Origin: Methylorubrum extorquens
GTDB taxonomy: Bacteria > Pseudomonadota > Alphaproteobacteria > Rhizobiales > Beijerinckiaceae
Reading direction: 5' to 3'
Assembly: GCA_900234795.1 (NCBI GenBank)
Contig: LT962688.1
Span: 3,420,001-3,452,000, forward strand
Length of the DNA: 32,000 bases
A program made the translations under genes and the position numbers. Positions 1-9,653 of the stretch are shown here, in pieces; position 1 is the stretch's first letter, and each line of letters starts with the position of its first letter. The notes beneath the pieces were generated by a model that was not told the origin of the DNA, made no database searches, and saw only the letters and a list, made by a program, of their open reading frames with translations.

Positions 1-318
1 GGCGGTACCGCCTTCGCGATCCCGCTCGCTCTGATCGCCGGTGAGACGCATCTGAGCCCGAGCCTGCCCCTCGGCCTCGGCATGGCGTGGTCGGTCCTCG
101 TCAACTCGGTCGGCGGCATCCTGCTGCTGCTGGCGCTGATCCGGCGCGGCGCAGTGGCCGGCGTCGCCTCGCTGCTCTTCCTCGTGCCGCCGGTTTCGGC
201 GGCAATCGCCTACGTGATGTTCGGCGAGGCGCTGACCCCGGTGCAGATCGCCGGCATGGTGGTGGCGGCCGCCGGAGTCGGCTTGGCGAGCGGACCCCAG
301 GGACGCGCAACACGGTGA
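1..318 (+). CDS. EamA/DMT-family transporter, C-terminal fragment (5' end outside window)
   Basis: Frame 1 is open from base 1 to the TGA at 316-318. Translation GGTAFAIPLALIAG...VLVNSVGGILLLLALIRRGAVAGVASLLFLVPPVSAAIAYVMFGEALTPVQIAGMVVAAAGVGLA is a series of hydrophobic helices typical of the second EamA repeat. Confidence 0.7.
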   Translation, partial: GGTAFAIPLALIAGETHLSPSLPLGLGMAWSVLVNSVGGILLLLALIRRGAVAGVASLLFLVPPVSAAIAYVMFGEALTPVQIAGMVVAAAGVGLASGPQGRATR

Positions 319-480
319 ACTGTATGATGAATTCAGCCTAAAGACGGGGGATGCGGCGATGAGAAACCACTATTGTGCCGGCGATCGGGGCTATAAAGGA
401 AGCATCTAACCGGTTTCCTGAGAACCGCGCTCCGTCACGCCAGCCACTTCGGCGCGGAGCGCCTGAGAAGAGAGTCGCAC

Positions 481-2169
481 ATGGCCGCTTCCCCCGCCGT
501 CCAGCCCGCCAACGACCCGACCGATTTCGTCGCCCTGGCCAAGGACGCCGCCGCGGGCGCCAAGGCCCTCATCGCCGAGGCGACCGCCCGCGTGAAGGCG
601 CGGGTGACGGGCCCCGAGGGCAAGCTCGACGCGGGCGCGCTGGAGCGCGAGCAGCACGCCGCCCACGGCCTGTCCTGGCTCGCCACCTACGGCGAAGCGG
701 TGCGCGAACTCGCCGATTACGCCGAGCGGCTTCAGGGCGAGGGCAGCTTCGGCGAGACCGAAGCGCTGCTCGTGAAGATCGGCGTCGGCGAATATCTCGA
801 CCAGATGTTCGGCGGCATCCCGATGAGCCAGGGCGAGATGGTCCGCCCGACCGCGCTCGGCTTCACCGCCGCCGAACTCGCTGGCCTGCGGACGCCGGCC
901 ATCGACGCCATGGTGGCCGAGGGCAACACGCCCGCCAACCGCGCCGCGCTGGTGGCCAAGATCCGCGAGGCTACGAGCGCGGGTGCGGCGACCATCGGCG
1001 CTTCGGGCCTCGACGAGGACATGGAGGCGATCCGCTCCGAGATGCGCCGCTTCGGCAAGGCCGAGGTGGTGGAGCAGGCCCACGAGTGGCACCTGAAGAA
1101 CGCCTACATCCCGATGTCGATCATCGAGAAGATGGCCGAACTCGGCGTGTTCGGCCTCACCATTCCCGAGGAATACGGCGGCATGGGCATGCCGAAGGCC
1201 GCGATGTGCGTGGTCTCGGAGGAGCTGTCGCGCGCCTATATCGGCGTCGGCTCGCTCGGCACCCGCTCGGAGATCGCCGCCGAGCTGATCCTGTGCGGGG
1301 GCACCGAGGAGCAGAAGCAGCGCTTCCTGCCGGGCATCGCCAGCGGCGACATCCTGCCGACCGCCGTCTTCACCGAGCCGAATACCGGCTCCGACCTCGC
1401 GAGCTTGCGCACCAAGGCCGTCAAGGACGGCGACCAGTGGAAGATCTCGGGCAACAAGACCTGGATCACCCACCCCGTGCGCGCCGACATCATGACCGTG
1501 CTCGTGCGGACCAAGCCCGAGGAGAAGGGCCATCGCGGCCTCTCGATGCTCATCGCCGAGAAGCCCCGTGGCACGGACGAGGAGCCCTTCCCGGTCGAGG
1601 GCCTGTCGGGCGGCGAGATCGAGGTGCTCGGCTACCGCGGCATGAAGGAGTACGAACTCTCCTTCGAAGACTTCGCGGTGCCGGCCAACAATCTGCTCGG
1701 CGAGATCGAGGGCAAGGGCTTCGCCCAGCTCATGCAGACCTTCGAGTCGGCCCGCATCCAGACCGCGGCCCGCGCCATCGGCGTGGCGCAGTCGGCCCTC
1801 GATATCGGCCTGCGCTACGCCGAGGAGCGGGTGCAGTTCGGCAAGGCGCTGGTCGAGTTCCCGCGGGTGGCCGACAAGCTCGCGATGATGGCGGTGGAGA
1901 TCAACATCGCCCGCCAGCTCACCTACTTCTCCGCCCGCGAGAAGGACGAGGGCAAGCGCTGCGATCTCGAGGCCGGCATGGCCAAGCTGCTCGGCGCCCG
2001 CGTCGCCTGGGCGGCGGCCGACAACGCCCTGCAGATCCACGGCGGCAACGGCTTCGCGCTGGAATACAAGATCAGCCGCGTGCTCTGCGACGCGCGCATC
2101 CTCTCGATCTTCGAGGGTGCCGCCGAGATCCAGGCCCAGGTCATCGCCCGGCGCCTGCTGGAGCAGTAG
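481..2169 (+). CDS. acyl-CoA dehydrogenase family protein (long form, ~170-aa N-terminal extension)
   Basis: 562-aa ORF with an ATG start. Typical ACAD blocks are present: GLTIPEEYGGMG, AVFTEPNTGSDLASLRTKA, WKISGNKTWITH, FGKALVEFPRVADKLAMM, ALQIHGGNGFALEYKISRVLCDARILSIFEGAAEIQ. The other long ORFs here (375..2243 +, 406..2040 -) are Arg/Gly/Pro-rich shadows. Confidence 0.9.
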   Translation: MAASPAVQPANDPTDFVALAKDAAAGAKALIAEATARVKARVTGPEGKLDAGALEREQHAAHGLSWLATYGEAVRELADYAERLQGEGSFGETEALLVKIGVGEYLDQMFGGIPMSQGEMVRPTALGFTAAELAGLRTPAIDAMVAEGNTPANRAALVAKIREATSAGAATIGASGLDEDMEAIRSEMRRFGKAEVVEQAHEWHLKNAYIPMSIIEKMAELGVFGLTIPEEYGGMGMPKAAMCVVSEELSRAYIGVGSLGTRSEIAAELILCGGTEEQKQRFLPGIASGDILPTAVFTEPNTGSDLASLRTKAVKDGDQWKISGNKTWITHPVRADIMTVLVRTKPEEKGHRGLSMLIAEKPRGTDEEPFPVEGLSGGEIEVLGYRGMKEYELSFEDFAVPANNLLGEIEGKGFAQLMQTFESARIQTAARAIGVAQSALDIGLRYAEERVQFGKALVEFPRVADKLAMMAVEINIARQLTYFSAREKDEGKRCDLEAGMAKLLGARVAWAAADNALQIHGGNGFALEYKISRVLCDARILSIFEGAAEIQAQVIARRLLEQ

Positions 2170-2315
2170 TCAAGGCACAACTCGCCCTCGGCCGGCCCTA
2201 TACTGGTCGAGGGCGATCCATCCTTCAGATCCGGCCTGAATAGCCGGCTCATATACTCCCCCTCAACGAATGATCGCTAGGCCGTGATCCGATCCTCCCG
2301 GAGCACGGCTTTCGC

Positions 2316-4727
2316 TTGCCCATCCCGACCTCAGACGCGTCCGCCGCCGCGCTGGTCCAGCACTGGCGCAGTTGCCGGTCCCGCCCCGGGGCGATGCCGG
2401 GCTACGATGCCGTCGTCCTGGGCAGGCTCGGCCGTCTGGCCGACCGCTGCGCCCTGGTCGCCACCCGCGAAGGCCGGGCCGAACGCATCCTCTGGGGTGG
2501 CATGGGATTTCGCGATTGGTTCGAGGACGAGATCCGCGACCGGCCGCTCGTGCAGATGCCCGATGAGATCCGCCGGCCGATCGAGGAGATCGGGATCGCC
2601 GCCCTGCGCACCGGCGAGCCGGCCGGGGCCCGATGCGACCGAATCACCGACGGCGTCGTCACCACCTGGAATCTCGTCGGCGTCCCGCTCGCCAACGGCA
2701 GTGGAACGCCGCTCCTCCTCGTCCACGTCGCCAGCGAGGGCGTGCGCACCGAGCTGATGCAGGCGATGTTCGGCGCGACCGGCCAGGGCCTGATGGCGCT
2801 CGGCGCGATCCGCGAGGCATCGGGTGCGGTCGCGGACTTCAAGATCGTCGCCCTCAATCAGGGCGCCGCGGAGATTCTCGGGCGGCCGGTCGCGAGCCTG
2901 CAATGGCAGCGGCTGGGCGATCTCGTACCCGTTCGGCTCGGCGTGACGCAGCGGCTGTCGGGCGTCCTGGGATGCGCCGACCGGGCGACGTTCGAACTCG
3001 CCGTGCCGCGCGCCGACCGGACGACGCTGCACCTGAAGGTGGAGGCGCAGGCCATCGGCGATCTCGTCGCCGTCGCCATGACCGATGTCGGGGACATCAA
3101 GGCGCGCGAGGCCTCGTTCCGGTTCCTGTTCGAGAGCAATCCGCTGCCGATGTGGCTGGTCGATCAGGATTCGGCCCGCTTCGTCGCCGTGAACGAGGCG
3201 GCGGTCGCCCATTACGGCTACAGCCGCGAAGCCTTCCTGGCCCGGGGCCTGCAGGATCTGTCGGAAGCCGTCGCATTCAGTTTTGCCCGCAATGGTCGCC
3301 TGCACCGCCATCGTCGGGCCGACGGCTCGTTGATCGACGTGACGCTGTTCGAGCGCAGCCTCGCCTTCGAAGGTCGCCCGGCCGTGCTCGGCGCAGCCAT
3401 CGACGTCACCGAACAGCGCCGCGCCGAGGCGCGCATCACCCACATGGCCCACCACGATGCGCTGACGGGCCTGCCGAACCGGGCGCTGTTCACGACCCGC
3501 CTCGCGGCGGCGATTACCGAGCATGCCCGCACCGGCGCGGGCGCCGCCCTGCTCTGCCTCGACCTCGACAAGTTCAAGCTCGTCAACGACACCCTCGGCC
3601 ATCCGGCGGGCGACACCCTGCTCCGATCGGTGGCGGAGCGGATCACGGCATGCCTGCACGGGGAGGATCTGGTCGCGCGCCTCGGCGGCGACGAGTTCGC
3701 GGTTCTGCTGCGTACCCCCGACGCCGGGACCGTGTCCGCCGTCGCCGGCCGGATCATCGAGGCGTTGTCACACCCCGTCAGGCTCGGCGACCGGGAATGC
3801 CAGATCGGCGTGAGCATCGGCATCGCCTGCCTGCCCGAACACGGAACCGATTCCGATACCCTGCTGCGCCATGCCGACCTCGCTCTCTACCGGGCCAAGG
3901 CGGATGGCGGCAGCATCGCCCATTGTTTCGAGGCGGCGATGGACAGTTGGGACCGGTCCCGGCGCCGACGGGAGGCCGACCTGCACGAGGCCTTCGCCCG
4001 GGGCGATCTCGCGCTCGCCTACCAGCCGGTCGTGGGCGTCCGCTCGCGGGCGATCGTCGGGTTCGAGGCGCTGCTGCGCTGGCACCACCCGGTCGAAGGA
4101 GCGATCCCGCCGTCCGAATTCGTGCCGCTCGCCGAGGAAACGGGCCTGATCGTGCCGATCGGCGCCTGGGTGCTGCGACAAGCCTGCGCCGAGGCGAGCC
4201 TGTGGGCCGATCCGGTTCGGATCGCGGTGAACCTCTCGCCGGTGCAGTTCCGCGATCCCGGCCTCGTTGCGACGGTGCGCGAGGCGCTCGCCTTTTCCGG
4301 GCTCGCCCCGCACCGGCTCGAACTGGAGGTCACCGAATCGGTGCTGCTGGCCGCGAGCGAGGCCAACGTCGCGACGCTGCATGCCCTGCGGGATCTCGGC
4401 GTACGGATTGCGATGGACGATTTCGGAACGGGCTATTGCTCGTTGAGCTACCTGCAGAAGTTTCCCTTCGACAAGATCAAGATCGACCGCTCGTTCGTAA
4501 GCCGGCTCGGCGAGGATCCGCACTCGACCGCGATCGTGCAGGCGGTGATCGGCCTCGGCGCAAGCCTCGGCATCGTCACCGTGGCCGAGGGTGTCGAGAC
4601 CGAAGTCCAGTTCGCCCATCTGCGGGCCGAGGGCTGCGAGGAGGTGCAGGGCTACCTGTTCGGTCGGCCGATCCCCGCCCCGCAGGCCGTCGGGCCGATT
4701 CGGCGGGAGCCGGACGTCGCCGCGTGA
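2316..4727 (+). CDS. PAS-containing diguanylate cyclase/phosphodiesterase (GGDEF + EAL)
   Basis: 803-aa ORF. GGDEF domain: [33 protein letters not shown] domain: [48 protein letters not shown]-like segment: [16 protein letters not shown]...[13 protein letters not shown]. The start is uncertain; the track start is TTG at 2316, with an alternative ATG at 2394. Confidence 0.9.
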   Translation: MPIPTSDASAAALVQHWRSCRSRPGAMPGYDAVVLGRLGRLADRCALVATREGRAERILWGGMGFRDWFEDEIRDRPLVQMPDEIRRPIEEIGIAALRTGEPAGARCDRITDGVVTTWNLVGVPLANGSGTPLLLVHVASEGVRTELMQAMFGATGQGLMALGAIREASGAVADFKIVALNQGAAEILGRPVASLQWQRLGDLVPVRLGVTQRLSGVLGCADRATFELAVPRADRTTLHLKVEAQAIGDLVAVAMTDVGDIKAREASFRFLFESNPLPMWLVDQDSARFVAVNEAAVAHYGYSREAFLARGLQDLSEAVAFSFARNGRLHRHRRADGSLIDVTLFERSLAFEGRPAVLGAAIDVTEQRRAEARITHMAHHDALTGLPNRALFTTRLAAAITEHARTGAGAALLCLDLDKFKLVNDTLGHPAGDTLLRSVAERITACLHGEDLVARLGGDEFAVLLRTPDAGTVSAVAGRIIEALSHPVRLGDRECQIGVSIGIACLPEHGTDSDTLLRHADLALYRAKADGGSIAHCFEAAMDSWDRSRRRREADLHEAFARGDLALAYQPVVGVRSRAIVGFEALLRWHHPVEGAIPPSEFVPLAEETGLIVPIGAWVLRQACAEASLWADPVRIAVNLSPVQFRDPGLVATVREALAFSGLAPHRLELEVTESVLLAASEANVATLHALRDLGVRIAMDDFGTGYCSLSYLQKFPFDKIKIDRSFVSRLGEDPHSTAIVQAVIGLGASLGIVTVAEGVETEVQFAHLRAEGCEEVQGYLFGRPIPAPQAVGPIRREPDVAA

Positions 4728-4734
4728 GGCGGAA

Positions 4735-4755
4735 GGGCGGGCGGGTCGCCCGCCC
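4735..4755. terminator. GC-rich hairpin between convergent genes (putative bidirectional terminator)
   Basis: GGGCGGGCG-GGT-CGCCCGCCC is a perfect 9-bp stem. It lies 8 nt after the GGDEF-EAL stop and 7 nt before the stop of the minus-strand small gene. There is no clear U-tract. Confidence 0.5.
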
Positions 4756-4761
4756 GACCCC

Positions 4762-4953
4762 TTACTTCGTGATCTTCACCGAGACCGGATCGCTCGACGG
4801 GAAGGTCTCCTCCAGCGCCTCGTCGAGGCGCTCGTCCTTATGGTCCTTCTGGTTCTCGGCCAGCGACTTGTCGCCTTTGCCGTCCCGCTGGCCGTCCTGC
4901 TGGAAGCCTTTGGGCTTGGTCTCGTCGGTCGGCTGCTTGGTGGTCTCGGACAT
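4762..4953 (-). CDS. small hydrophilic conserved hypothetical protein (63 aa)
   Basis: ATG start with GGAGA 9-13 nt upstream. The product is charged and lysine-rich and ends LDEALEETFPSSDPVSVKITK. I recall this C-terminal FP(A/S)SDP-type motif from small alphaproteobacterial proteins; this is from memory and not verified. Confidence 0.6.
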   Translation of the reverse strand: MSETTKQPTDETKPKGFQQDGQRDGKGDKSLAENQKDHKDERLDEALEETFPSSDPVSVKITK

Positions 4954-5040
4954 GGGGATCGGTCTCCGTTGTCGGGCGCGCCGCGTGTCGCGGCCTTCAT
5001 GCGCACCAACGCGAGGCGGGCGTTCCTGTTGCGTCGCGGC

Positions 5041-6312
5041 TCACAGGCCGGCGGATGCCGCGCCGCGCAAGCCCGGCCCCTCGACCGGGCGAAGAGCGGG
5101 CGCCTCGCGCATCACGAGGCCGTAGACCTGCTCCAGCCGGTCGAGATGCGCGTCCACGCTGAGCGGCGCCGCCCAGTAGCGCTCGTAGGCGCGCTCGGCC
5201 ATGCGGGCGGCGAGCGCGTCGTCCGACAGCCGGGTGAGGTGGGCGGCGAGCGCGCCGGCATCGCCGGAGCGGAACCAGAACCCGTTCTCGCCGTCTTCCA
5301 CCGCCTCGCGCCCGGCACAGGCATCGGAGACGATGACCGGGCAGCCGCAGGCGAGCGCCTCGTAGACGGTGAGCGGCTGGCCCTCGTACCAGATGCTCGG
5401 GAACACCAGGGCGCGGGCGCGCCGCATCAGCGCCTGCACCTCGGGCCCGGACTTCCAGCCGAGCATCACCGCCTCGGGATAGCGCGCCTTCAGCTCCGCC
5501 GCGTTCGGACCGTCGCCGACAAAGACCGGGCGGATTCCGGCCCGCCGCGCCGCCTCGGCGAAGACCGGCGCGCCCTTCTCCGTCGAGATGCGGCCGACGA
5601 ACAGGACATCACTGCGGCCTTCGTGCGCGGGCGGCTGCCGCTCGACCGAGATCGGATTGTCGATCCGGTGGAACACCGTGCGCGGGGGCAGGAGCGGCGC
5701 GATCACCCGCTCTTGGAGCGCGCTGATCGTGACCACGTGGCGGAACAGGGTGGGCAGGCCGGCGACGTGTTCCAGACCGAGATGGCGCACCACCCGCAGG
5801 AGCTTGCGCGGGTAGGAGCGCGCGTCGCAATTCGTGGTGAGGCAAGCCGCCGACATCGGGGTGCGGTGACAGATCCGGTCGGCCGGATATTCGTAGAAGC
5901 CGCCATTGGGGCAGACGAGGAAGAACTCGTGCATGGTGTAGAGGCACGGGAGGCCCGAGCGCCGGATCGCCGTGCCGATCGAGGGCGAGAGCGCCTTGGC
6001 GAAGGCGTGGACATGCACCAGCGTGTCGCGCGGATCGCACAGCGTCAGTTCCGCGGCGAGGCGGGCGGTGGCGCGGCGGTTCCAGATCGCCTGGGCGGCA
6101 AAAGCGAGCTTGTTCGTGGTCGAGGCGATGTCGTCCTGCCCGAGGCAGACCACCCGCGCCCCGCTCTCGGCGAGCCGGGGATCGAGCGGACCGACCGCGG
6201 CGAACACCGTGACACGGTGGCCGCGCTGGCGCAGGCCCACGGCGGAGTCGAGGGCGACCTTGGCTTGGCCGCCATTGATATGGGCATGGTCGAGAACGAG
6301 GACGACGTGCAC
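5041..6312 (-). CDS. glycosyltransferase family 4 (GT-B, group 1)
   Basis: GT4 C-terminal signature: FVGRISTEKG...VFPSIWYEGQPLTVYEALACGCPVIVSD...ENGFWF. The likely start is GTG at 6312 (VHVVLVLDHAHINGGQ), preceded by GAGGGAG. The track ORF begins 18 codons further upstream at 6366. Confidence 0.85.
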   Translation of the reverse strand: MHVVLVLDHAHINGGQAKVALDSAVGLRQRGHRVTVFAAVGPLDPRLAESGARVVCLGQDDIASTTNKLAFAAQAIWNRRATARLAAELTLCDPRDTLVHVHAFAKALSPSIGTAIRRSGLPCLYTMHEFFLVCPNGGFYEYPADRICHRTPMSAACLTTNCDARSYPRKLLRVVRHLGLEHVAGLPTLFRHVVTISALQERVIAPLLPPRTVFHRIDNPISVERQPPAHEGRSDVLFVGRISTEKGAPVFAEAARRAGIRPVFVGDGPNAAELKARYPEAVMLGWKSGPEVQALMRRARALVFPSIWYEGQPLTVYEALACGCPVIVSDACAGREAVEDGENGFWFRSGDAGALAAHLTRLSDDALAARMAERAYERYWAAPLSVDAHLDRLEQVYGLVMREAPALRPVEGPGLRGAASAGL

Positions 6313-6526
6313 GGCGATTCCCGCTCCCTCGCCACCTCGTGACACGCCCGACGCACGGTGCCTCACGGAGGATCGGTGTTTCGCCGACGTTTACCAGCCG
6401 GCAGTTGATCTCCCGTAAACCCTGAGCGGACACGCGCCGCGCCAGGGCGGCCACACCGCGAGAGCATCGTTTCGTCCGGGAATCGCTTTCCGGGACGGTG
6501 CCCGCGCTTCTGGACGGGGCGCCTCC

Positions 6527-7831
6527 ATGCACGTCGTGATCGTCGCCGAATTCGCCGCCGCGAGCGGGGGTGCCGAGAAGGTCGCGGTGGAATCCGCCCG
6601 CGGGCTCGCGGAGGCCGGCGCGACGGTGACCTACATCCAGGCGATCACCGGACCCGTCGATTCGCTGCTCGACCATCCGCGCCTGCACCGCATGGACCTC
6701 GCTCTGCCGGATGTGTGGTCGCTGCCGGCATGGCGCGGCGCGGCGTCGGGGATCTGGAACGGCGAGGCCGCCGCGCGGCTTGCCAGCGCGCTCGACAGCT
6801 TGCCGGTGCCGCCCGACTGTCTTCACCTGCACCAGTGGACCCGCGCGCTCTCGCCGGCCGTGCTGCCGGTGCTGCTCGGCCGCGGCGTTCCCCTGGTGCT
6901 GACGCTGCACGACTACGCTCTGACCTGTCCGAACGGTGTCGATTACCGCTTCGATCGGGCCGAGCCCTGCGCGCTCGTCCCGCTCTCCGGCGCCTGCCTC
7001 GCCGCCGCCTGCGATCCGAAGAGCCGGCTGCACAAGCTGGTGCGGGTCGGTCGCGCCGCCGCCCTGCGGGTCGCCGCGCGAGGGGCCGATCTCGACGTCG
7101 TCCATGTCTGCGACGGCAGCCTTGCGCGGGTGGCGGGACGGTCCGGGGCCCTGCGCCTGCGCCATCACCGCATCGACAACCCGGTGCGGGTGGAGAAGCG
7201 GGCGCCGGCCATGCCGGCTTCGGGCGATGCGATCGTCTATGTCGGGCGCCTGACGCCGGAGAAGGGCGCGGATCTCGTCACCGAGGCCGCGCGAAAGGCC
7301 GGACTGCCCGCGCTCTTCATTGGGGCCGGCCCGCTCGAAGCACGTCTGCGGGCGGAGGGCGCCGAGGTGCTCGGATGGCGAAGCCCGGAGGCGGTCGAGG
7401 CGATCCTACATCGCCGCGCGCGTGCGCTCTGCGCACCCTCGCGCTGGGTCGAGACCGGGCCGCTCACCGTCTACGAGGCGCTGGCCCAGGGGATTCCCGT
7501 CGTGGCGTCGCGGCGCTCCGGCGCGGCGGAGAAGGTGGCGGAAGGGGAGACCGGCTTCGTCGTCGAGCCGGAGGTGGCGGCGCTGGCCGATGCCTTCGCA
7601 GCGCTCAAGACCGACGCGCTCACCGCCCGCCTCGGCCGGGAGGCCTATGACCGGTACTGGCAGGCCCCGCTGACGCTCGCTGCCCACGCGCTTTCCCTGC
7701 TGGCGCTGTATCGGCGGATTGGGGATGAATACAAAATGCGGCAGTGCGATATGAGCCAGGCTGCCGCCGAGCCTGCTGTTGCCCATTCCATGGGCAGCAC
7801 CCTTGGCAAAGGGCGCCTTCCGACATTATAG
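6527..7831 (+). CDS. glycosyltransferase family 4, paralogue of the divergent neighbour
   Basis: MHVVIVAEFAAASGGAEKVAVESA...YVGRLTPEKG...CAPSRWVETGPLTVYEALAQGIPVVASRRSGAAEKVAEGETGFVV. Collinear similarity to the 5041..6312 product, including the H(D/E)(Y/F)...CPNG block. Confidence 0.85.
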   Translation: MHVVIVAEFAAASGGAEKVAVESARGLAEAGATVTYIQAITGPVDSLLDHPRLHRMDLALPDVWSLPAWRGAASGIWNGEAAARLASALDSLPVPPDCLHLHQWTRALSPAVLPVLLGRGVPLVLTLHDYALTCPNGVDYRFDRAEPCALVPLSGACLAAACDPKSRLHKLVRVGRAAALRVAARGADLDVVHVCDGSLARVAGRSGALRLRHHRIDNPVRVEKRAPAMPASGDAIVYVGRLTPEKGADLVTEAARKAGLPALFIGAGPLEARLRAEGAEVLGWRSPEAVEAILHRRARALCAPSRWVETGPLTVYEALAQGIPVVASRRSGAAEKVAEGETGFVVEPEVAALADAFAALKTDALTARLGREAYDRYWQAPLTLAAHALSLLALYRRIGDEYKMRQCDMSQAAAEPAVAHSMGSTLGKGRLPTL

Positions 7832-7958
7832 TGCCGATCGCCGCGTCGACCCACGAGACCGTTTCATAGCTAAACCGCGATTTATAACAAAAGCTTAGTT
7901 CGAGATATTCCATAGTTGGATATTGCCGGTCGATGGCTCGAAACTGTCCTTGACTTTT

Positions 7959-7975
7959 ATGTTGCACCGCAACAT
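7959..7975. promoter_or_regulatory. perfect palindrome ATGTTGC-ACC-GCAACAT upstream of the phasin gene (putative PhaR-type operator)
   Basis: 17-bp inverted repeat 85 nt upstream of the phasin ATG, immediately downstream of a TTGACT -35-like hexamer (7950-7955). The TGC-N3-GCA core resembles published PhaR sites (CTGC-N3-GCAG in Rhodobacter; recalled, not verified). Confidence 0.45.
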
Positions 7976-8059
7976 AGGAGGTGCGGGCCGGTTAGCCGCG
8001 GGGACGCTCTGTACGCTCCCCGACACCGAATTCTCCCGGTCCGTCTGCAGGAGAGACAG

Positions 8060-8416
8060 ATGAGCACCCAGAGCTTCGAGATCCCCGCCGAGTTCCGTGA
8101 GTTCGCCGACAAGAGCGTCGATCAGGCTCGCAACGCCTTCGGCACCTTCCTGAACGGTGCGGTGAAGACCTCCGAGCAGCTCCGGAACTCGGCCACGACC
8201 GTCCAGTCGACGCTGAACGCCGCGGTGCTCAAGAGCCTCGACCACACCAAGACCAACGCTGACGCTGCCTTCGACTACGTGCAGCGCGTCGTGCGCGCGA
8301 AGGACCCGCGCGAGGCCTTCGAGATCCAGTCCGAGTTCCTGAAGACCCAGTTCGCCGCGTTCCAGGCCCAGGCCAAGGAATACGGTGCCCTCGCTCAGAG
8401 CGCCGCCGGCCGCTAA
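8060..8416 (+). CDS. phaP: phasin family protein (PHA granule-associated)
   Basis: ATG at 8060 preceded by GCAGGAGAG. The product MSTQSFEIPAEFREFADKSVDQARNAFGTFLNG...AFEIQSEFLKTQFAAFQAQAKEYGALAQ is a typical alphaproteobacterial phasin_2 sequence. The track ORF start at 7916 is an upstream extension without similarity. Confidence 0.85.
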   Translation: MSTQSFEIPAEFREFADKSVDQARNAFGTFLNGAVKTSEQLRNSATTVQSTLNAAVLKSLDHTKTNADAAFDYVQRVVRAKDPREAFEIQSEFLKTQFAAFQAQAKEYGALAQSAAGR

Positions 8417-8580
8417 TCCGGTCCGGCTACGGGCTCCGGCCCGTCTGAGGAGCATGAGAGGCCGAATCCGCGATGAGCGGGCTCGGCACACTCGTGCTCC
8501 GACGCTATGCTCCGTCGCAGCGCTCCGGGCTCGGCTCGGACCCGCGCTGAGGCAGAGGGTTTCGAACGAGGAGAAGGCCC

Positions 8581-9333
8581 ATGTCGTCGAGCCGCCGCAG
8601 GGGACGCCCACCCGGAGCGTCCGCCACTACCCAGCCGCCGACCGTCACCGCGACGCCGGCCGAGGTCGCCGACGCGCTGTTGGCCGAGACGCCGGCCGAC
8701 AAGGGCCCGGAGCCGGAGACGGACGAGCCTGAGACCGCCGAGGTCCAGGCCGTGGAGGCGGCAGAGCAACCCGCAGACGACGCTGCGGCCGAGGCCGTCG
8801 AAGCATCCGGCGAGCCTGCTCCCGCCGAGACGCAGTCCGCTGCGGACGACCAGCCGGCTGATTCTCCCGAGGAGACGGTTACCGCCGCGTCGGAAGAGGC
8901 GCCCCCTCTGTCCGCCGAACCGGAAATCGTTGCATCCGAGGCGGCCGCAACCGTCGAGACGGCGACCGAGACGCTGACTGAGACGCTTGCCCAGACCGCG
9001 CCGCTGCCGGCGCTGGCCGAGGCCAACCCTGAGTCCAAGCCGTCCGACGACGCGCGGTCCAAGACACACAGCGTCCGCTTCGGCGCGAACTTCGCTTTCG
9101 CGCCCACCCTCGCGCCGCTCACCGAGATCAACGCGAAGCTGTTCGCCTTCGCGCGCGGCGAGGGCGAGGCGGTGCTGGCCCATTTCCAGGCGCTGGCTCA
9201 GGCCAAGTCCCCGGCGGAAGCGATTCGCCTCCAGGTCACGGAGATGCAGCGCGCCGCCGACGCCTCGTTGAGCTGCTTCAGCGAGATCGTCCGCAGCGCC
9301 AACCGCCTGCACGACACCGCCCGCCGGCACTGA
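8581..9333 (+). CDS. phasin-domain protein with long acidic Ala/Glu/Pro/Thr-rich N-terminal low-complexity region
   Basis: ATG preceded by GAGGAGAAGG. The C-terminal ~90 aa (APLTEINAKLFAFARGEGEAVLAHFQALAQAKSPAEAIRLQVTEMQRAADASLSCFSEIV) resemble a phasin_2 domain. Residues ~15-160 are an acidic low-complexity stretch. Confidence 0.7.
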   Translation: MSSSRRRGRPPGASATTQPPTVTATPAEVADALLAETPADKGPEPETDEPETAEVQAVEAAEQPADDAAAEAVEASGEPAPAETQSAADDQPADSPEETVTAASEEAPPLSAEPEIVASEAAATVETATETLTETLAQTAPLPALAEANPESKPSDDARSKTHSVRFGANFAFAPTLAPLTEINAKLFAFARGEGEAVLAHFQALAQAKSPAEAIRLQVTEMQRAADASLSCFSEIVRSANRLHDTARRH

Positions 9334-9360
9334 AATCAGCACCGGCCGGGACACGAGATC

Positions 9361-9393
9361 GGGGCAGTCGCCATCGGGCGGCTGCCCCTTTTT
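9361..9393 (+). terminator. rho-independent terminator
   Basis: GGGGCAGTCGCC-ATC-GGGCGGCTGCCCC (12-bp stem with one mismatch) followed by TTTTT, 28 nt after the stop at 9333. Confidence 0.7.
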
Positions 9394-9653
9394 CGTCAGT
9401 CCGCTTCGTCAGTCCCCTTGCAGCCATCCGGGGGTGAAAAGCGCCCGGCATCCTGACCCGCGGCTGCGCCCGAGCAGAGCCGACACCGACCGAGGACAAG
9501 GCCTCCCCTGGGGCGGGTCTGACAGCAGGCACTCGCAGTCACCATCGCATCGGCGGCCGACGCCGCATGACGCGGATGCGGCGAGCCTCTCGCGCGCTGC
9601 GGTCCCACGGTCTACATAGCCCGCCCCGCTCCAGCGACCTTCGGAGACCTCGC

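Noticed and set aside
375-2243. 622-aa (+) and 544-aa (-, 406..2040) ORFs overlapping the acyl-CoA dehydrogenase
   Set aside because: Shadow ORFs with the same compositional bias. Only the 481..2169 frame shows ACAD motifs.
4954-5040. GGAAC motif upstream of the small 63-aa gene (minus strand) as a possible second EcfG promoter
   Set aside because: The nearest CGTT follows after only 10 nt instead of 16-17, so it does not fit the consensus.
2633-7168. Long alternative-frame ORFs 2633..5125 (+), 4591..6342 (+) and 5609..7168 (-) spanning several real genes and intergenic regions
   Set aside because: They cross hairpin terminators and divergent promoter regions, are Arg/Pro/Gly-rich, and lack recognisable domains.
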